Below, in pieces: positions 56,191-64,000 of a stretch of DNA of 64,000 nt. Location: positions 275,218,001 to 275,282,000 of the forward strand of contig OZ024741.1 in assembly GCA_964016885.1 (NCBI GenBank). The letters are read 5' to 3'. Source of the stretch: Eledone cirrhosa. Lineage: Eukaryota. A program made the position numbers and the translations under genes. Positions within the stretch are counted from its first letter, which is position 1. Each line of letters starts with the position of its first letter. The notes under the pieces were generated by a model. That model searched no databases, was not told the origin of the DNA, and saw only the letters and a list, made by a program, of their open reading frames with translations.

Positions 56191-56944
56191 TATACATCGT
56201 TTATTGGTGTATACCTTTACGTTACAATTGGTTCACCTGTGTGAGTACTTCATATATAAATTGTAATGCACGTTAGGTGTTAGATCACGGTCGATATTCT
56301 TAAGAAGCAGTGTTAATTATAATTAGTGTGTGTGTGTGTGTGTGTGTGTATCTGTGTGTGGAATTAAGCAAATAGGACCATCAAATACATGAATCTTAAC
56401 GTAGATATAGCTAGAACAAACGCTAAGTAATCACTGAATGTCCCTATACGGAAATAATACACTACGAAAACAAAGCTAACAATAACACCCAAGAGATAAG
56501 ACTATTAAATGCCAAACTTGTAACTAATACACTCAGTAAAAACAGCCAATTATATACAAATGTCTATACTAGATCCAAGACATCATTCATAATTCCCACC
56601 TCTGATATCATCCATATTTCCTGACTCATACTCCATAAACCCAGCCATCAACCCACTCTAAATACCAATATATAGGAGAGACTGACCTTTTCAAGCTGTA
56701 GCTGTCATATTATGCAGTTTCTGTATAATAATAAACAACAATTATTATTATTTGCAGCGACTACGACCCCGTTGCGTAATAATCTACATCAACCAGACCC
56801 ATTCACGTGACTAACAGATAAATTTATTTTAAAACGCTTGAGCGCTATCCCACCTAACCAACCAAAATAAACAATATATGTCTAAATATGAAATTCTACT
56901 TTAAAAAAAAATTCCCGGAAATTATTTAAATGGCTAATTAAATT

Positions 56945-57125
56945 AGGAAAGAATCGCTGGACAGCAAGAGACCTAGGAGTAGACCTTGATCAAGATGGTG
57001 GGATAACATCCATGAGCTCAGCTGGTCTCTCTTGGGGATCCGATTGGAGACGATTGCTGCTGGCAGGACCAGCTGGAAGGTGTGCTTGAGGTCGTCGTCC
57101 CCCCCGCCACTCATCCCCTCGCCCC
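56945..57125 (+). mobile_element. Expander/Rex3-like RTE LINE 3' fragment
   Basis: KRPRSRP*SRWWDNIHELSWSLLGI..IAAGRTSWKVCL..PP resembles the Expander/Rex3 C-terminus. Confidence 0.65.
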
Positions 57126-57289
57126 AAACCACACACACGACCCTCTCAGTAATAAGTGGGCGAAGAAGAAGAACAGGAACAACAATTTAATTATTTAATC
57201 AGGCCTGTATAAACGAAATAAACATTAAAATATATTCTAAACTTTTAAAACGGACAAATACGAAGAGTCTAAAGTTCTTGTCATCATTG

Positions 57290-57662
57290 GCAGCTCGCCT
57301 TACTGAGGTACCAGGTGATGCCTGTGGGGGTACTTGGTTGTTCCAGCACCTTAGCCTCGCCATCACCTGGCCTTACTGAGGTGCCAGGTGATGCCTGTGG
57401 GGGTTCTGGGTTATTGCAGCACCTTAGCCTCGCCATCACCTGGCAATACTGAGGTGCCACGTGAGGCCCCCGTGGAGGTTCCTGGTTGTTGCAGCGCCTT
57501 AGCCTCGCCATCACCTGCCCATACTGAGGTGCCACGTGATGCCCCCGTGGGGGTTCCTGGTTGTTGCAGCGCCTTAGCCTCGCCATCACCTGCCCTTACT
57601 GAGGTACCAGGTGATGCCCATGAGGGTGCCTGGTTGTTGCAGCGCCTTAGTCATACCATCAC
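57290..57662. repeat. GC-rich 73-75 bp tandem repeat, five copies
   Basis: TACTGAGGT starts at 57301, 57374, 57447, 57522 and 57597. Confidence 0.9.
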
Positions 57663-58074
57663 CCGGGGCAATGCTGCGAGCGTATTGGCTTGCCTCAAAG
57701 TGTTTAGTTAACCCTTATGATGTGATGTGCGGCCGATTGTTGCACTTGGTGGTGAATTGATGGTCGTTTTTGTTTTTGTTCCCCTCCTTTTTTCTTTTTC
57801 TCTCTTTTATACGTTTATATTTGTGTTTATCAACGACAGTAAGTCCCCGATTTACGAACGTTCCAAGAGGCCATTCGTTAGTTGATTTGTTCATAAGTTG
57901 ATCGTCTAACACAGTACGTACCAGTAAGCCTATATATGTTACATTGATACTGCAGGTTTCCATATGAGTGATATATATCACCCCCCCCCCACACACACAC
58001 ACTCACAAAAGCCTGAACCTAATAAACTACCATTTGTACTGCCTCTCTGTTTTTGTTACTGTCTAATATTTAAC

Positions 58075-58106
<32 letters not shown>

Positions 58107-58267
58107 AATGTATATATATAATGTATATATGTAGTGTATATATATATACAATGTATATATATATATATATATATAATGTATATATATATATAATGTATAT
58201 ATATAAATAATGTATATATATATATATATATACACACACACAGTATATAGAGGTATATATAACATAT

Positions 58268-58858
58268 AATAATAGTTTCTAATTTTGGCACAAGGCCAGC
58301 AATTACCCAGTACATTACTGGTACTTTATTTTATCGACCCCGTAAGGATGAAAGGCAAAGTTAACCTCGGCGGGATTTGAACTCAGACTGTAAAGGGACG
58401 TAACTATGCTGGAAAGCATGGCGTCCAACCCTCTACCGATACTGCCAATCCACCGTAATTCATGTAATAATTGTTTCTACTTTTGGCACAAGGCCAGCAA
58501 TTACCCAATGCATTACTGGTACTTTATTCTATCGACCCCATAATTCATGTAATAATTGTTTCTACTTTAGGCACAACGCCAGCAATTACCCAATGCATTA
58601 CTGGTACTTTATTCTATCGACCCTGTAATTCATGTAATAATTGTTTCTACTTTTGGCACAAGGCCAGCAATTACCCAGTGCATTACTGGTACTTTATTCT
58701 ATCGACCCCGTAATTCATGTAATAATTGTTTCTACTTTTGGCACAAGGCCAGCAATTACCCAGTGCATTACTGGTACTTTATTCTATCGACCCCGTAATT
58801 CATGTAATAATTGTTTCTACTTTTGGCACAACGCCAGCAATTACCCAGTGCATTACTG
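58268..58858 (-). mobile_element. SINE family A followed by an 85-bp tandem array of its own 3' end
   Basis: Units start at 58456, 58541, 58626, 58711 and 58796. Confidence 0.9.
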
Positions 58859-59139
58859 AAAGTCTAAAGGTTTACTATGAAAAGGACTATTAAGGGAGGT
58901 AGCAAAACAGATGAGAGGAGAGGGGAGGCATCAGTAAAGTGGGGTGGGGTTGGAATAGGTGGAGGTTGGAGAGTCTGATGTGCCAGTGGTAGTTGTGGTG
59001 GTGGTGGTGGTGGTGGTCGTTGTCGTTGCCTTGTTGTGTTTGTTGTTGGTGGGGGAGGAGGTATTTGTGGTGGTGGTGGTGGTCGCCGTGGAGAAGGTGG
59101 TGGTGGTGATGTTGTTGTAGCAAAGGTGGTGGTGGTGGT

Positions 59140-60472
59140 GGTAACAGTGGTAGTGTTATTCTAGTGAAAGTGGTGTTGGTGGTGGTAGTGTTATTCTAGT
59201 GAAAGTGGTGGTGGTGGTGGTGGTAACAGTGGTAGTGTTATTCTAGTGAAAGTGGTGTTGGTGGTGGTAGTGTTATTCTAGTGAAAGTGGTGGTGGTGGT
59301 AGTGGTAGCAGTGGTAGTGTTATTCTAGTGAAAGTGGTGGTGGTGTTGGTGGTAGTGGTAGCACTGGTAGTGTTATTCTAGTGAAAGTGGTGGTGGTAGT
59401 GGTAACAGTGGTAGTGTTATTCTAGTGAAAGTGGTGGTGGTAGTGTTAACAGTGGTAGTGTTATTCTAGTGAAAGTGGTGGTGGTAGTGTTAACAGTGGT
59501 AGTGTTATTCTAGTGAAAGTGGTGGTGGTGTTGGTGGTAGTGGTAGCAGTGGTAGTGTTATTCTAGTGAAAGTGGTGGTGGTGTTGGTGGTAGTGGTAGC
59601 ACTGGTAGTGTTATTCTAGTGAAAGTGGTGGTGGTAGTGGTAACAGTGGTAGTGTTATTCTAGTGAAAGTGGTGGTGGTAGTGGTAACAGTGGTAGTGTT
59701 ATTCTAGTGAAAGTGGTGGTGCTGTTGGTGGTAGTGGTAGCAGTGGTAGTGTTATTCTAGTGAAAGTGGTGGTGGTAGTGGTAACAGTGGTAGTGTTATT
59801 CTAGTGAAAGTGGTGGTGGTAGTGGTAACAGTGGTAGTGTTATTCTAGTGAAAGTGGTGGTGGTAGTAGTAACAGTGGTAGTGTTATTCTAGTGAAAGTG
59901 GTGGTGGTGTTGGTGGTAGTGGTAACAGTGGTAGTGTTATTCTAATGAAAGTGGTGGTGGTGGTGGTGGTAGTGGTAACAGTGGTAGTGTTATTCTAATG
60001 AAAGTGGTGGTGGTGGTGGTGGTAGTGGTAGCAGTGGTAGTGTTATTCTAATGAAAGTGGTGGTGGTAGTGGTAGAAGTGGTAGTGTTATTCTAATGAAA
60101 GTGGTGGTGGTGGTGGTGGTGGTGATAGCAGTGGTAGTGTTATTTTAATGAAAGTGGTGGTGGTGGTGGTGGTGGTAGTGGTAGCAGTGGTAGTGTTATT
60201 CTAGTGAAAGTGGTGGTGGTGTTGGTGGTAGTGGTAACAGTGGTAGTGTTATTCTAATGAAAGTGGTGGTGGTGGTGGTGGTGGTGGTAGTGGTAGCAGT
60301 GGTAGTGTTATTCTAATGAAAGTGGTGGTGGTGGTGGTGGTAGTGGTAACAGTGGTAGTGTTATTCTAATGAAAGTGGTGGTGGTAGTGGTAGAAGTGGT
60401 AGTGTTATTCTAATGAAAGTGGTGGTGGTGGTGGTGGTAGTGGTAGCAGTGGTAGTGTTATTCTAGTGAAGG
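59140..60472. repeat. Minisatellite GTGGTAGTGTTATTCTA(G/A)TGAAA plus (GGT)n
   Basis: About 28 units; the TAGTG variant is at left and TAATG at right. Confidence 0.95.
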
Positions 60473-61374
60473 TTGTGGTGTTGGTATTGATGTAGCTAAG
60501 GTGATGGTGGTGGTGTTGTAGCTGAGGTGGTGGTGGTGGTGTTGATGTTGTAGTGAAGATGGTGGTGGTGTAGATGTAGTAAAGAGCCTCCCTAAACCAA
60601 CCATGTGGGGGTGTGTTTATACAGCCAGTCAACATTTGTTTCTGTGTCACTGACCATCTGTATGTATGTTTACATTAATCTGTAGTGGTGGGCACGGGTG
60701 GAGGTGGAATGACTGACAGCCCTGGTGGTGGTGGTTTGTGGTAGAGGTGAGGCCTTGCGGGGGGGAGGGGTGAAGGAGGTACCTACCACCCAGCCTGATG
60801 TGATGTCAGTTAGAAGAAGGAAGTGTGTTGTAAGGTTACACCCTCTACCACCCTTCACCATCACAAAGGCTGCAAGCCTCCACCAAGACTACCAACCTCC
60901 ACCACCACCAAGGCTGCCACCACCACCACCAAGACTATCACCCTCCACCACCACCACCACCAAGACTATCACCCTCCACCACTACCACCACCAAGACTAT
61001 CACCCTCCACCACTACCACCACCAAGACTATCACCCTCCACCAGCCCCACCAATACTATCACTCTTCTACACCACCACCACCAAGACTATCACACCCCAC
61101 CACCACCACCAAGACTATCGCCCTCCACCACCACCACCTCCACCACCAAAACTATCACCCTCCACCACCACCACCAGGGCTGCCAACACCATTTTATGAC
61201 CCCTTAATAATGAGGTGGTAGTGGTGGTGGTGGGAGAATCCCTGTTTATTTATAATGGGTTTTAATTGCTGTTCCTTTATCATTGAACTGCCCCCCCCCC
61301 CACCTCACACCACCACCTGCCACCCCTTCTCACATGTGTGTGTGTGCAGTAGTGTGCCTATATGTAGCTGCCAC

Positions 61375-61816
61375 ACACACACACACATATATATGTATAT
61401 AGTTTATTGGTGATTCCAACACACATACATACACACACACACATATATATATGTATATAGTTTATTGGTGATTCCAACACACATACATACACACACACAC
61501 ATATATATATGTATATAGTTTATTGGTGATTCCAACACACATACATACACACACACACATATATATATGTATATAGTTTATTGGTGATTCCAACACACAT
61601 ACATACACACACACACATATATATATGTATATAGTTTATTGGTGATTCCAACACACATACACACACACACACACACATATATATGTATCTATATAGTTTA
61701 TTGGTGATTCCAACACACATACATACATACACACACACACATATATATATGTATATAGTTTATTGGTGATTCCAACACACATACATACACACACACATAT
61801 TTATAGGTGATTCCAG
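61375..61816. repeat. Tandem repeat of about 58 bp, TATAGTTTATTGGTGATTCCAAC(AC)n(AT)n
   Basis: Seven to eight units. Confidence 0.9.
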
Positions 61817-61902
61817 AGTCAGGCATGATGGATATTGATTATACCTTGAGCTGATCTACTGCGAAACGTGCATCACACGTGAATCACACGTGAATAAACA
61901 TA

Positions 61903-62425
61903 ATGGTTTCTTATATAGGCACAAGGCCAGCAATTTTGGGTGAGGGGAAAGTCGATTTAATCAACCCAGTACGTGACTGGTACTTTATTTTATCGACCCA
62001 GTAAGGGTGAAAGGCAAAGTTAACTTCGGCAGGATATGAACTCAGGTCATAAAGGGCCGTAACTCTATGCTGCAAAGCATGGCGTCCAGCCCTCTCCCGA
62101 TACTGCCATTCCGCTGTAGTGTTGAAATAATAATTCCAAAAGATTACAAGAAGGAATGTTCTGTTTGTGGATAATGGCAGGAGAGAAAGAGAAATATTTA
62201 GCATAATATGTTCTGGGTATATTACATAAAATAATTGTTTCTACTTTTGGCACAAGGCCAGCAATTACTCAGTACATTACTGGTACTTTATTTTATCGAC
62301 CCCGTAAGGATGAAAGGCAAAGTTAACCTCGGCGGAATTTGAACTCAGAACGTAAAAGGACGTAACTCTATGCTGCAAAGCATGGCGTCCGACCTTCTAC
62401 TGCTACTGCCAATCCACTGCCCACA
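61903..62425 (-). mobile_element. Composite SINE-spacer-SINE unit (copy 2) with 12-bp TSD
   Basis: TGAATAAACATA at 61891-61902 and 62426-62437. Confidence 0.8.
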
Positions 62426-62466
62426 TGAATAAACATATTGTTATTTCCATACCTCGTTCCTACTCG

Positions 62467-62648
62467 TGGATTGGCAGTGTCGGTAGAGGGTTGGACGCCA
62501 TGCTTTGCAGCATAGAGTTACGTCCCTTTACGGTCTCAGTTCAGAGGTTAACTTTGCCTTTCATCCTTACGGGGGTTGATAAAATAAAGTACCAGTAATG
62601 CACTGGGGTAATTGCTGGCCCTGTGTGTCAAATATAGAAACAATTATA
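62467..62648 (+). mobile_element. SINE family A, head-to-head with the previous copy
   Basis: Similarity to the other copies, with an internal deletion. Confidence 0.8.
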
Positions 62649-62649
62649 T

Positions 62650-62838
62650 GTATGGAAGGAAGAAGCTGTAGAGGAAGACCACGGAAATCATGGGTGGAGG
62701 TGGTGAGAGCTGACCTCAGATCGCTGAAGCTCACAGAGGAAATGATGAAGGGCCGTGATGAGTGGAGTGATGCTGTGCTGAATAGGACTCGTCCCACTCT
62801 TGCAAGCAAGGAAAAGTGGATGTAAAATGATGATGATG
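62650..62838 (+). mobile_element. RTE LINE extreme 3' fragment
   Basis: RGRPRKSWVEVVRADLRSLKLTEEMMKGRDEWSDAVL plus (GAT)n. Confidence 0.85.
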
Positions 62839-63166
62839 ATATATATATACACACATACACACATGCACACACACATACATGCACACACACACACACATAC
62901 ACATATCTACACATACACACACACGCACACACACACATATCTACACATACACACATGCACACACACACACATACACACACATATCTACACATACACACAC
63001 ACACGCACACACACACACACATATATATATATACACACACATATCTACACACACACACATACACACACACACACATATATATACACACACATATCTACAC
63101 ATATCTACACATGCACACACATACACACACACACACATATATACACACACACACATATATACACAC

Positions 63167-63238
<72 letters not shown>

Positions 63239-63541
63239 GACATATATATATTTATATATCATTATCATCATCGTAGTCGTTTTAATGTCTGCTTTCCCTG
63301 TCTAACCAGGGTTAGACAGGTTTACATAGAGTTGGACCAGTCAGTACTGAAGCAGGGTTACTGATCTCCCAGACAAGCCAGGGATCTATTGTCTTACTTA
63401 TGTATGGTTGTGCACAGGGGAGGTTGTCATGTCTTTGACACAACTTAGAGTCCTCCCAAGCCTTTGTTTGGCAAGCTTTCTACAGCTGGATGCCCTTCCT
63501 ATCACCAACACTTTATATATATCATTATCATCTTTGTTTAA

Positions 63542-63731
63542 GAAGGCGGTGGATTAGCAGTATCGGTAGAGGGTCGGACGCCATGCTTTCCAGCATAGTT
63601 ACGTCCCTTTACGATCTGAGTTCAAATCCCGCCGAGGTTGACTTTGCCTTTCATCCTTACGGGGTCGATAAAATAAAGTACCAGTAATGTACTGGGTAAT
63701 TGCTGGCCATGTGCCAAAAGTAGAAACAATT
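63542..63731 (+). mobile_element. Full-length SINE family A with TSD, nested in an RTE-type tail
   Basis: ATCTTTGTTTAA at 63530-63541 and 63732-63743. Confidence 0.9.
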
Positions 63732-64000
63732 ATCTTTGTTTAACGTCCATTTTTCCACGATGGTATAGATTAGACAAGTTACCCTGTTGTGAACAATGCT
63801 AGATCAGGTGACCATGTCTTGCTCATACAGAACAGATTTTTGCATGGTTTCCCTGGATGCCCTTCCTAGTGCCAACCTCATTTGCATTATATATATATAC
63901 ACACATATTATATAGAAATATATATAGGAGTCGATTGACTTTCGTCAAATCGGACCGAGGAAACAATGTTTCCGTTAGTCTTTCCAATTGCTAATACTAT

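Noticed and set aside
57838-57910. Tigger-like TIR CAGTAAGTCCCCGATTTACGAAC
   Set aside because: No matching second TIR found.

Overview
Eukaryotic, AT-rich and extremely repeat-dense window with no host protein-coding gene I can recognise, so it is probably intronic or intergenic. The SINE, RTE-LINE and (TA)n/(CA)n/(ACC)n microsatellite repertoire resembles an octopod cephalopod genome (inference). Almost all ORFs in the supplied track are microsatellite artefacts. Real coding remnants are retroelements: a 5'-truncated RTE LINE with a 524-aa RT ORF carrying YADN instead of YADD (37181-39170), a Penelope-like GIY-YIG endonuclease remnant (35819-36277), and CR1-, Expander/Rex3- and RTE-type 3' fragments. 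There are many tRNA-derived SINEs, a few MITEs and many minisatellites. The most notable signal is about a dozen minimal type I hammerhead ribozyme (HHR) motifs (CUGANGA..stem II..GAAA-stem III-UH) from several families. These include a same-strand tandem pair 299 nt apart (retrozyme-like), a divergent pair inside a long fold-back, one directly 3' of the Penelope endonuclease, and a family whose stem II is wholly replaced yet stays paired. All coordinates and pairings were read by eye, so boundaries are approximate.
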